DNA of 64,000 nt from Candidatus Moduliflexus flocculans (GTDB lineage: Bacteria; Moduliflexota; Moduliflexia; Moduliflexales; Moduliflexaceae), in contig DF820455.1 in the NCBI GenBank assembly GCA_000739515.1, positions 1,304,712 through 1,368,711 on the forward strand, read 5' to 3'. Below the pieces are notes generated by a model. It did not search any database, was not told where the DNA came from, and saw only the letters and a program-made list of their open reading frames with translations. Numbering within the stretch: the first letter of the stretch is position 1; each line of letters begins with the position of its first letter. Positions 1-8,901 of this stretch are shown piece after piece. The position numbers were made by a program, and so were the translations under genes.

Positions 1-557
1 GCAGCCGCTTCATGTTGCAGCTCTTTTTAAAAATTGCATTGCGCTATTTGAGTTATCTGAAAGAGATTAATCTGCGCACTGCGGAAATTGAAAAAGAATT
101 GCATCAGGCGATGAAAAATGAGGAATTGATCAAATTGCTCAATCTTGAAAAAAGCCTGGTTTTTTTCACAACATCGCTGAAATCCAATGAAATTGTGATG
201 GAACGGCTGCAAAAAATTCCCATGATCAAAATGTATCCCGACGATCAAGATTTATTGGAAGAGGTCATGATTGAAAACAAACAGGCCATTGAAATGGCCA
301 ATATTTACAGCAATATTCTCAGCGGCATGATGGACGCGTTTGCCTCAATTATTTCGAATAATCTGAACGTGGTGATGAAATTTTTGACCTCGGTCACCAT
401 TATTTTAGCTCTGCCGACATTGGTTGCCAGCATTTATGGCATGAATGTCGCGCTTCCGTTTCAGGATTTGCCCCATGCCTTTGCGATCACGATGTTTATC
501 TCGTTTGCCGTTGCTGGATACACAGTGTACTTATTTTTTCGGCAAAAATTTTTTTGA
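1..557 (+). CDS. corA: CorA family Mg2+/Co2+ transporter, C-terminal fragment; the 5' end lies upstream of the window
   Basis: ORF is open to position 3 in the same frame. Carries the C-terminal YGMNVALP (GMN) motif followed by two transmembrane helices. Confidence 0.8.
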   Translation, partial: SRFMLQLFLKIALRYLSYLKEINLRTAEIEKELHQAMKNEELIKLLNLEKSLVFFTTSLKSNEIVMERLQKIPMIKMYPDDQDLLEEVMIENKQAIEMANIYSNILSGMMDAFASIISNNLNVVMKFLTSVTIILALPTLVASIYGMNVALPFQDLPHAFAITMFISFAVAGYTVYLFFRQKFF

Positions 558-758
558 AATCACTGCTAAAAATAATAGAGTTGTTGCTCAATAATAAAAG
601 TTGACAACCATCGCCGTGACGTCAAGCTGATTCTTTCATGTATTGACAGAAAGATTCCAGGACACGAGGAGGGCAGAATGGCATGACGACGAGAAGACCT
701 GCACGATGAGCGACAATTCAAAGCCTTAACGGGGGTATCACACCAGGAGTTTCAGCAG

Positions 759-1199
759 TTGTTACCCGTGTTTACGACGAGCGACCAAGAGATGCAACAG
801 GAGCGCTACGCTGCCAAGCAAGCGCGCCGTCAACGTCAGCCGGGGGCCGGACAAAAAGGGAAACTCCCCACGAGTTCAGAGAAACTGGTGTTTATCCAGT
901 CCTATTGGAAAGTTTATCCGACGTATGATGTCTTAGGCTGTCAGTTTGGCTTGGCTCGGTCAAACGCCTGTACGAATGTGCATGCCTTGTGGTCGGTGCT
1001 GGAGCGCACGTTGAAGACGCTTGGCGTCTTCCCTGGGCGCTCGTTTTCCAGCGTGGAGGAACTACATGCCGCCTGTGGGGAGATTCGAGAACTCTTGATT
1101 GACGCCACAGAGCGGGAACAGAACCGTCCCCAGGATGACGAGAAACAACGGGATACCTACAGTGGGAAAAAAAACGCCATCCCGTCAAAAATATGGTGA
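759..1199 (+). CDS. IS transposase OrfA, the N-terminal HTH part
   Basis: 146-aa ORF ending ...YSGKKNAIPSKIW*. A -1 shift at the A8 run 1167-1174 reads ...YSGKKKRHPVK..., which restores the conserved IS5-family SGKKKRH motif. Confidence 0.65.
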   Translation: MLPVFTTSDQEMQQERYAAKQARRQRQPGAGQKGKLPTSSEKLVFIQSYWKVYPTYDVLGCQFGLARSNACTNVHALWSVLERTLKTLGVFPGRSFSSVEELHAACGEIRELLIDATEREQNRPQDDEKQRDTYSGKKNAIPSKIW

Positions 1200-1645
1200 T
1201 TGCGCCGCGGAAGAAATGGATTCTCTTCCTCGGCGATAGCGTGGCAGGCAGGATCCATGATTCTGCCCAATTCACGCAGGCGTTTCCGGTGGTCGAGCAG
1301 ACGAATGACCGCGTGAAGTGGTTTGAAGCCTTCGTGTTATGGCTTGATTTGGGCTATTTTGGAGCGCAAAAGACATACGTGGCGAAAGAGGTGAACATGC
1401 CGCACAAGAAGCCACGAACATCGAAAGGGAATCCATCTCCAGCCCTCACCGACGAGCAAAAGACGGAGAATCGTGAGATCAGTCGAATACGCGTTCTGGT
1501 GGAACAGGCCATGAGCGGCTTGAAACGCTGTCATATCGTGCCCCATCGGTTTCGGAATCGTCTGGAAGATTTTGTTGACACGGCGGTTCTTCTTGCTGCT
1601 GGACTGTGGAACTGGAAACTCAAATGTCAAGGAGTCACTAATTGA
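1193..1645 (+). CDS. IS transposase OrfB, the DDE catalytic part, expressed as an OrfAB fusion by programmed -1 frameshift
   Basis: -1 frame relative to OrfA. The frame is open upstream through the A8 run. Basic C-terminal region. Confidence 0.65.
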   Translation: MVIAPRKKWILFLGDSVAGRIHDSAQFTQAFPVVEQTNDRVKWFEAFVLWLDLGYFGAQKTYVAKEVNMPHKKPRTSKGNPSPALTDEQKTENREISRIRVLVEQAMSGLKRCHIVPHRFRNRLEDFVDTAVLLAAGLWNWKLKCQGVTN

Positions 1646-1792
1646 GCAACAACTCTAATGCCAATTGCGGGAAATTTGATCATATTGGCCTCATGATCGT
1701 AGAGGCGATCTCTTTGAACACAATTGGGATAACGTCATAGAAAAGACCTGTCAGGCTTTTCCGTCGAACGTATTTTTACCGCTGTTCAGGAG

Positions 1793-2921
1793 TTATTGAC
1801 TGACCTTACGCATACAACGTTTGAAGCTTTTGAAAGCTCGCTTTGAGCGCGGTCAGATAAATTTTACTGCGCAAGGCAAAATGATTCATGTGATGCTTGA
1901 GTTTCAATTGTTCACGTTTAAACACGGCATAAATCGCCGCAAAAACGTGTGTACTCTGCGTGGCTTTCGTTTGAGTTGGCGAATGTGTCAAGGCCGTATG
2001 CGATTTCAGGGATGTATGAAAGACTTCCACGTTCCATCGTGCCTGATAGAGGGTGGTGATTTGGTCGTACGTCAGCGAGGTCTCGCTTGTGACGACAGAC
2101 AGCACGCCTTCACTGCCGTCTTGGTTTCTCAAGACGTGTTTGCATACGGCGACGGGAAAAGAGACCCCTTTCAGAAACACGTGTTGCGTGACGTTCGGTT
2201 GAAGGTCACGCGTCTCAATCTGGACAAAACGACGATTCATGTTGTCCAGTGCGCTCAGAGCCACTGTCCGATTCCCTTGAATCGCCCTGACAAATGCTTT
2301 ATTCAGCGTGAGCCGGATAACGGTCATGTTGTCTTTGGAGGCAAACCAACTATCCATGAGGACAACACGGAAGGAGAGTTGGTTCCAGGTGCACACCTGG
2401 AGCATCTGGCGAGCCAATTCATTTTGGGTCACCTCGCTTTTGCGCTTTTCACGGCGTGTTTTCAGGTCGCAAAACCGAATCGGCTTGGTGATGAGTTCAA
2501 AGGCGACGGGGCTGTTCTTTCCGTCAATAGGGTAGAGGCAATTCAAGAGATTGCCCCCTGTCACCATGCGTCCTTTGCTATGGTCGAAATGCTACGTAAT
2601 GAGGTCATTTTCGTCAGTCCATGCGTTTTCAGCAATGGTGTCGTCCAGAATCACGCCCCCTTCCTGTTGGGTGATCGCACGCACAGTGGGCTTCACCAAG
2701 CGCCATAATTCGCGAGAGTTGCACTCGGTGTTGGCTAAAAAACGAGTGATTTTATCATGACTGATCGTGTGATCTAAGACGTCTGATAAACCGGTGGCGG
2801 TTGTTTGTCCAAATGAACTGAGCAGATAATCTGCATACAGGGCTAACAGTATTTTATCCATCATGCTACTATGTGAAAACACAGAATTTTTGCAATGAAA
2901 ATGCGTAAGGTCAGTTAGTAA
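1793..2921 (-). mobile_element. IS4/IS5-superfamily insertion sequence, about 1.13 kb, with 21-bp imperfect terminal IRs TTAYTRACTGACCTTACGCAT
   Basis: Left IR 1793-1813 and right IR 2901-2921 as reverse complements with 2 mismatches. Encloses a single transposase reading frame. Confidence 0.6.
1806..2882 (-). pseudogene. DDE transposase of the YREK type (motif YQARWNVEVFHTSLK), interrupted by an in-frame TAG at 2592-2594
   Basis: The 96-aa (2592-2882) and 253-aa (1806-2567) ORFs are in the same frame, separated only by one amber codon. Confidence 0.6.
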
Positions 2922-3075
2922 CTCATGTTACGCAGCCGATTCGAGACGAATGACCGCACACTCCCCTCCGGGGAGGGGTTGGGGGTGGGTTCTTGACACG
3001 AGCAATCACTCACGGACGAACCCACCCCTTGCCCCTCCCAGGAGGGGAATTGTCGGCGGCGCTGCGTAACATCAG
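2921..3075. repeat. MITE-like element family 1, copy A: 155 bp, 14-bp TIRs (ACT)CATGTTACGCAGC, GC-rich internal hairpin CCCCTCCGGGGAGGGG...
   Basis: Self-complementary internal structure. Identical at 154 of 155 positions to the reverse complement of 63846-64000. Flanked by TTAGTAA on both sides (2915-2921 and 3076-3082). Confidence 0.7.
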
Positions 3076-3078
3076 TTA

Positions 3079-3215
3079 GTAAAATGTAAAAAATAACTTC
3101 CACGTATCTGCCAACACCCCACCCCCAGCCCATCCCCAACGGGGAGGGGAGTTTCCCCCTCTCCTTCGGAGAGGGGCAGGGGGGAGGTTTTTGGAAGTTA
3201 TTTTTTCAACTTTAC
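3079..3215. repeat. MITE-like element family 2, G-rich-core variant: AT-rich TIRs GTAAAATGTAAAAAATAACTTCC / GGAAGTTATTTTTTCAACTTTAC
   Basis: TIRs are reverse complements. The core has GGGGAGGGG hairpins. The same TIRs bound the copies at 5333-5420, 10527-10614 and 54739-54803. Confidence 0.6.
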
Positions 3216-3226
3216 TTAGGAAAACT

Positions 3227-5215
3227 ATGATACAAGAACTGCCTTTTCGACACATTCATTTAGATTTTCATACCTCGCCGCAGATTCCGAACATCGGCAA
3301 ACATTTTGATCCAGAGACATTTATTGCCACGCTGCAACGCGCTCATGTCAATTCTATCGCGCTGTTTGCCAAATGCCATCACGGCATGTCGTATTATCCC
3401 ACGCGCCTCGGCGTGATGCATCCGCATCTTGATTTCGATTTGTTCGGCGGCATGGTGAACGCCTGCAAACAGGCTGGCATCCGGGTCGTGGCCTACACGA
3501 CGGTCACGCTTGACGAATATATGGCGACGCAGCATCCCGAATGGCGGCAGGTTGATGAACAGGGGCGGCTCGTCGGCAGAGCGCCGCTGAATGCCGATCA
3601 TTTCAGTTGGCAGTGGCTGTGCATGAATTCCCCGTATATTGATTACGTGGCGCGGCATACGCAGGAAATTCTCGAACGTTATCCTGTGGATGGAATTTTT
3701 TACGATATTATTCTGCAATCCCCCTGTTTATGCCGCCATTGCCAGGAAGGAATGCGGGCAGAAGGCTTATATCCTGGCAATTTAGCGGAGCGCGAGCGGT
3801 ACAGCCTGCAAGTGGCTGACCGCTGCATGGCGCGACTCAGTCGCGTGGTCTGGGATCATAACCCGGAATCAGCCGTCTTTTTTAACAGCCGCTTGCGTTT
3901 TGACACGTATGCCCGCAATAGTTCGCGCAACGAACAGCAGCGCTATTCGCACTGGGAAATCGAGTCGTTGGCGTCCGGCGAATGGGGCTATAATCATTTC
4001 CCGATTGCCGTGCGCTACTTTCAGGCCGTTGAGCCGAAACGCGCGATGACCGGGCATACCGGGCGATTTCATACCAGTTGGGGCGATTTCGGCGCATTAA
4101 AAAATCAGGCGGCGTTGGAATATGAATGCTTTCGCCTGATCGCCTCCGGCTGCGCCTGCACTATCGGCGATCAGCTTGCGCCGAACGGCACGCTTGACTC
4201 GGCGATTTATCAGCGCATCGGCGCAGTTTATGAACAGGTCGCCCGCAAAGAGGCGTGGTGCCGCGATGTGACGCCGCAAGTTGAAATCGGCGTTATGACT
4301 GCGCATACAGGCGATCATGGCGGACTGGCAAAGATTGATGAGGGCGTGATGCGGATGCTGTTAGAAACGCATTATCAATTCGAATTTCTTGACGCACAAT
4401 CGAATTTTCAGAAATATCCGATGTTGATTCTCCCCGATGACATCCGCCTGACGCCAGCATTGCGGGAAAAACTGACGGCGTATCTCGCGCAAGGCGGGAA
4501 ATTGCTGCTGAGCTATCATTCCGGCCTGATGCAGGATCGCGACGAATTCGGCGTAGATTGCGGCATCGCGTTTCAGCAGAATTACGAATTTACGCCGTCG
4601 TATATTCGGGCGCATGACGCCTTGCAGCAGGGCATCGAGCCGATGGATCACGTAATGTACGAGGCGTCGGCGCAGGTCGCCGCGCACGATGGCACAGCAG
4701 CGCTCGCCTCGATTGTGAAGCCGTATTTTAATCGGACGTGGGAGCATTTCTGCTCGCATCAGCATACGCCGCCGGAAACGATCACTAACATTCCGGCAGT
4801 CACACAGCGCGGAAATATCATCTACATCGCCAGCGCTATTTTCAACGCGTATATCGGATACGGCTATCGCCCCTATCGCGAAATCGTCCGCAACTGCATC
4901 GAACGGCTGCTTCCGAACAAGCTGATTTGCGGCAACCTGCCGACGACAGCAGAGACCACGCTGATGAAGCAGGGCAACTGCCTGATTTTACATGTTCTAC
5001 ATTATACGCCGCAGCGCACGGCAAAAAGAATTGACATTTTAGAAGAAGTGATCCCGCTCTACGATAGAACAATCAGCGTCAAAACCGACCAGCAACCAGC
5101 GAAAATCCTGCTGATTCCTGAGCAGCAGGAATTGGCGTTTACCTGGTCTGATCATTACGCGCATTTTACCATCCCTGAAATCCGGGGGCATCAGATGGTC
5201 TTGATCGTAATGTAG
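3227..5215 (+). CDS. Putative glycoside hydrolase, GHL6-like TIM-barrel family (N-terminal FRHIHLDFHTS signature)
   Basis: The 674-aa ORF starts at a TTG at 3191. The ATG at 3227 has RBS AGGAAAA 6 nt upstream. The family assignment is from memory of the RQxHLDFHTS N-terminus. Confidence 0.6.
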   Translation: MIQELPFRHIHLDFHTSPQIPNIGKHFDPETFIATLQRAHVNSIALFAKCHHGMSYYPTRLGVMHPHLDFDLFGGMVNACKQAGIRVVAYTTVTLDEYMATQHPEWRQVDEQGRLVGRAPLNADHFSWQWLCMNSPYIDYVARHTQEILERYPVDGIFYDIILQSPCLCRHCQEGMRAEGLYPGNLAERERYSLQVADRCMARLSRVVWDHNPESAVFFNSRLRFDTYARNSSRNEQQRYSHWEIESLASGEWGYNHFPIAVRYFQAVEPKRAMTGHTGRFHTSWGDFGALKNQAALEYECFRLIASGCACTIGDQLAPNGTLDSAIYQRIGAVYEQVARKEAWCRDVTPQVEIGVMTAHTGDHGGLAKIDEGVMRMLLETHYQFEFLDAQSNFQKYPMLILPDDIRLTPALREKLTAYLAQGGKLLLSYHSGLMQDRDEFGVDCGIAFQQNYEFTPSYIRAHDALQQGIEPMDHVMYEASAQVAAHDGTAALASIVKPYFNRTWEHFCSHQHTPPETITNIPAVTQRGNIIYIASAIFNAYIGYGYRPYREIVRNCIERLLPNKLICGNLPTTAETTLMKQGNCLILHVLHYTPQRTAKRIDILEEVIPLYDRTISVKTDQQPAKILLIPEQQELAFTWSDHYAHFTIPEIRGHQMVLIVM

Positions 5216-5223
5216 AAGCGCCT

Positions 5224-5286
5224 CGTACCACCAATGTCCTCGTCGGCGTTATTGAAGGAAAGGCCGACGGCGACGTCAGCGGTACG
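5224..5286. repeat. Palindromic element family 3, short form: stem CGTACCACCAATGTCCTCGTCGGC / GCCGACGGCGACGTCAGCGGTACG
   Basis: 24-bp imperfect inverted repeats. The same stem bounds the nested element at 41288-41440. Confidence 0.55.
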
Positions 5287-5332
5287 AAGTTCTTTTAAAA
5301 ATTAACGCGCCAAAATACTATAAAAACGCTAT

Positions 5333-5420
5333 GTAAAATGCAAAAAATAAATTCGAACAAAAGACCTCACAGGTCTTGAAGACCTGTGAGGTCTAAGTCG
5401 AAGTTATTTTTTAACTTTAC
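5333..5420. repeat. MITE family 2 copy with core palindrome AGACCTCACAGGTCTTGAAGACCTGTGAGGTCT
   Basis: TIRs GTAAAATGCAAAAAATAAATTCG / CGAAGTTATTTTTTAACTTTAC. The perfect 33-bp palindrome lies at 5362-5394. Confidence 0.65.
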
Positions 5421-5438
5421 TATACAAGGAACTGAGAT

Positions 5439-6776
5439 ATGATGTTAAATCGCTTTCGCAACCATCGAGGAAGACTTCGCGTCGCTGCTGACCATCGGCA
5501 TTTAGAATTTGAAGATGGGACGCCGTTTTTGTATCTTGGCGACACGGCCTGGGAATTATTTCATCGCTTAAATCGCGAGGAAACTCAGTATTACCTGAAT
5601 AACCGTGCGGCAAAGGGATTTACCGTCATCCAAGCGGTCGTGCTGGCCGAGTTAGACGGGATCAACATTCCCAATTCCTCTGGCGATTTGCCGCTTATAA
5701 ACCATGATCCGACCACGCCGAATGAAGCATATTTTCGCCATGTTGACGCTGTGGTGCGCGACGCCGAGGAATTGGGGCTATTCATCGGGATGCTGCCGAG
5801 TTGGGGCTCTGGCTGGAAGCAGGAAGCTGGCAATGACAGTTTTATTTTTACCGTTGAAAACGCGCGGATATATGGTCGTTTCCTGGGCGAGCGCTATCGC
5901 GATCATTCCGTTATCTGGATTTTAGGCGGAGATCGGAATATTGAACACGAGGAAGAATACGCAATTATTGAATCGATGGCGTTGGGGCTGAAAGAAGGAG
6001 ATCGCGGAGCGCATCTCATCACGTTTCATCCGCGCGGGCCGGGGCGTTCGGCGGCATTTCTTCACCACGCGGAATGGTTGGATTTTAATATGTGTCAAAC
6101 CTCGCACGGCGCGCGCGATCATGATAACGGGCTGTTCATCGCGCAGGATTACGCCCTTGAGCCGCCGAAACCAACCGTAGATGGCGAGCCGCGTTATGAA
6201 ACCATGCCGGTCGGCTTTTATTACAAAGATGTCAACCGCTATGATCGCTTCGACGATGACGATATGCGGCAGGCGGCGTATTGGGCAATGCTCGCGGGCG
6301 CATGCGGGCATACCTATGGCCATAACTGCGTCTGGCAGATGTGGACGCCAGATCGTGAATCGCGCCTGTGGGCCGCGACGCCCTGGCGGGAAGCGTTAGA
6401 TCATCCGGGCGCGTTTCAGATGGGGCTGCTGCGGCGATTATTCCAATCGCGGCCATTCCAGAAACTTCTGCCCGATCAAACGATGATTGTGGATGGGCCG
6501 GTGAGCGGCGGGGCGAAAATCCGGGCAGCGCGCGCAGCAGATGGGACATTTGCCGTCGTTTATTCTCCGCGCGGCGAGCAATTCACTCTTAACAAAGGCG
6601 CAATTCAGGCGCAGCGCATCAAGGAGTTCTGGTATGATCCGCGTTATGGGTCGCTGTATCATTTTCACAGCACCGATAACGCCGGATTTCAAACCTACGC
6701 GCCGCCAACCTCCGGACGCGGCAATGATTGGGTGCTGATTCTTGAAGATGTCCGACTGAACTTTCCGATTCCTTGA
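5439..6776 (+). CDS. Glycoside hydrolase, DUF4038/GH140-like, with a C-terminal collagenase-like binding domain
   Basis: GDTAWELFHRL motif and NRAAKGFTVIQAV. RBS AAGGA sits 8 nt upstream of the ATG. Confidence 0.65.
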   Translation: MMLNRFRNHRGRLRVAADHRHLEFEDGTPFLYLGDTAWELFHRLNREETQYYLNNRAAKGFTVIQAVVLAELDGINIPNSSGDLPLINHDPTTPNEAYFRHVDAVVRDAEELGLFIGMLPSWGSGWKQEAGNDSFIFTVENARIYGRFLGERYRDHSVIWILGGDRNIEHEEEYAIIESMALGLKEGDRGAHLITFHPRGPGRSAAFLHHAEWLDFNMCQTSHGARDHDNGLFIAQDYALEPPKPTVDGEPRYETMPVGFYYKDVNRYDRFDDDDMRQAAYWAMLAGACGHTYGHNCVWQMWTPDRESRLWAATPWREALDHPGAFQMGLLRRLFQSRPFQKLLPDQTMIVDGPVSGGAKIRAARAADGTFAVVYSPRGEQFTLNKGAIQAQRIKEFWYDPRYGSLYHFHSTDNAGFQTYAPPTSGRGNDWVLILEDVRLNFPIP

Positions 6777-6812
6777 ACCTGGCTGAGTGAGACGTTTCAA
6801 CGAGGTGATTGC

Positions 6813-7790
6813 ATGATAAAAGACGAGACAGTTTGCCTGCCCCAATCCGTTGCTTCTGGGATTCCCCTGATGCAGCGGATGCATTTGTTGTGGGAAAGTA
6901 TCACGCGGCATCCGGTGCTGTATGTGATGATGCTTCCCGGCCTGACCTTTTTTATCATGTTCAGGCTTATCCCGAGCTTCGGGAGCATTATTGCCTGGCA
7001 AAAATACAATGTGTTCAAAGGCATCCTGAAAAGTCCCTGGGTTGGGTGGGAAAATTTCGAGCGGATGTTTGCGTATCCCGATTTTGTTCGCATTATGTAT
7101 AACACGCTGGCCATTGGCGGAATGCTGGTCCTTTTCAGCTTTCCAGCGCCAATTCTGTTGGCGCTCCTTCTGAATGAAGTCCGTTCAAAACGCTTTAAGC
7201 GGGTGATTCAAACCGTCATCTACATGCCGCATTTCCTCAGTTGGGTGATTGTCGGGCAACTGGTCTATAGCGTGCTGTCGCCAACCTCCGGCATTGTCAA
7301 CGCCGTCATCCGCGCGTTAGGCGGGAAGAGCGTTTTTTTTATGGCGCAGAGTTCACTCTTTAAGCCGATTGCGGTGCTGGCATATATCTGGAAAGAAGCG
7401 GGATTCATGTCGATCGTTTATATTGCCGCAATCAGCGGGATTGATCAGAGTTTGTATGAAGCGGCGGAAATTGATGGCGCCGGACGCTGGACGAAAATGC
7501 GGCGCATCACCTTGCCTTTAATCATGCCGACGATTGTGATTATGCTCTTGCTGGATATCGGGCGCTTTTTGGAAGTTGGGTTCGATCATATCTGGAACTT
7601 GCTGAATCCGGTCGTCTGGAGTCAGGGAGATATTCTGAACACCTATATCTTTCGCGTCGGCTTGCAAGATGGACGATATTCCTTGACGACCGCCATTGGC
7701 ATATTTAAGGCATTTATCGGGCTTGTGCTGCTGCTCGGCGGCAATAAGCTCGCGGAAAAACTTACCGGGCGAGGATTTTTTCTACGATGA
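6813..7790 (+). CDS. lplB: ABC sugar transporter permease, LplB-like polysaccharide permease
   Basis: Multi-TM protein with the EAAxxDGA permease signature (EAAEIDGAGRW). The true start may be the internal Met near 6870. Confidence 0.8.
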   Translation: MIKDETVCLPQSVASGIPLMQRMHLLWESITRHPVLYVMMLPGLTFFIMFRLIPSFGSIIAWQKYNVFKGILKSPWVGWENFERMFAYPDFVRIMYNTLAIGGMLVLFSFPAPILLALLLNEVRSKRFKRVIQTVIYMPHFLSWVIVGQLVYSVLSPTSGIVNAVIRALGGKSVFFMAQSSLFKPIAVLAYIWKEAGFMSIVYIAAISGIDQSLYEAAEIDGAGRWTKMRRITLPLIMPTIVIMLLLDIGRFLEVGFDHIWNLLNPVVWSQGDILNTYIFRVGLQDGRYSLTTAIGIFKAFIGLVLLLGGNKLAEKLTGRGFFLR

Positions 7791-8677
7791 CGACGCCAAA
7801 AAAGAACATGAAACCGGCCTATTCGGAGTTTGCGATCTCTGCCGTATTAGCCGCAATCGCATTGACGATGGCGCTGCCATTCGTCCATGAGCTTGCCAAA
7901 TCCTTCAGCTATCCGACGGAAGTGGCAGCCGGTCGGGTGAGTCTCTGGCCGAGAGAATTTACCTGGGGAAATTATGGCTATTTTTACCAGAAACATCGCG
8001 CCACCTTAACGCGCTCGTTTGTAAATTCCCTCTATATTACCGGATTCGGCGTGTTCTGGAGCACGTTAAACGCCGCGCTTTTTGCCTTTCCATTGTCGCG
8101 TCCGCCCAAAGAATTCCGCCTCACAAAGCCAATCATGTACCTCGTGTTGTTTACGCTTGTGTTTTCGCCGCCAGTCATTCCCTATTTCCTCGCGGTGAAA
8201 TCGTATGGATTGATGGACACGCATTGGGCGATTATTTTGCCACATACGATTTTTCCGTTTGAGCTCATTTTAGTGATCTCATTCTTTCGGCAATTGCCGG
8301 AAGAGATGTTTGACGCCTGCCGGATTGACGGCGGCGGCGATTGGCATCTTTTCCGGCATGTGGCCGTTCCGCTTTCAAAAGCCGCGTTAGTCACTGTGGC
8401 GTTGTTTGCCTCAGTCGCGCTGTGGAATATCTTTTTTCATGCCATGCTCTTCATTCGCACTCCAGAATTACAGCCGTTGCAAGTCTTTGTGCGAGGCATT
8501 TTGCAGGCTGGCGGCGATATTGCCACCTCCGGCCAATTAATCAAGGACCCGTTTGCAGAAACGGAATCCACGAAAAGCGCAATCGTCATCCTGACGACGA
8601 TGCCCATTATTCTCGTCTATCCGCTGTTGCAGCGATATTTCGCAAAAGGTGTGCTGTTGGGCGCGATCAAAGAATAA
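7787..8677 (+). CDS. lplC: ABC sugar transporter permease, LplC-like
   Basis: Start overlaps the upstream permease by 4 nt. Multi-TM protein with DACRIDGGGDW signature. Confidence 0.8.
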   Translation: MTTPKKNMKPAYSEFAISAVLAAIALTMALPFVHELAKSFSYPTEVAAGRVSLWPREFTWGNYGYFYQKHRATLTRSFVNSLYITGFGVFWSTLNAALFAFPLSRPPKEFRLTKPIMYLVLFTLVFSPPVIPYFLAVKSYGLMDTHWAIILPHTIFPFELILVISFFRQLPEEMFDACRIDGGGDWHLFRHVAVPLSKAALVTVALFASVALWNIFFHAMLFIRTPELQPLQVFVRGILQAGGDIATSGQLIKDPFAETESTKSAIVILTTMPIILVYPLLQRYFAKGVLLGAIKE

Positions 8678-8901
8678 ACCTAGGGGGGAATTTTTTGGAG
8701 GTGATGCCGACATAATAATAACCGCATAAAACGACGCGTGATCCGATATATAGCAATCCTCAATGAGTTCGTGGCGTTCCCTGCGACACGCTCAGAGAAC
8801 GCGGCGCGCTGAGCGTATCCAGGCGTGACAACTCATTACGGTTCGCTATAACACAACAGAAACAGTTTCGTTCGTGTGTAAACTTCACATCAGAAGGAGA
8901 A

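Larger units (their letters stand above)
576..1657 (+). mobile_element. IS5-family (IS427-group-like) insertion sequence, about 1.08 kb, with 17-19 bp terminal inverted repeats TAGAGTTGTTGCTCAAT
   Basis: Left IR at 576-592 and its reverse complement at 1641-1657 were seen directly. Between them are two overlapping transposase ORFs joined by an A8 slippery run. Confidence 0.7.
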
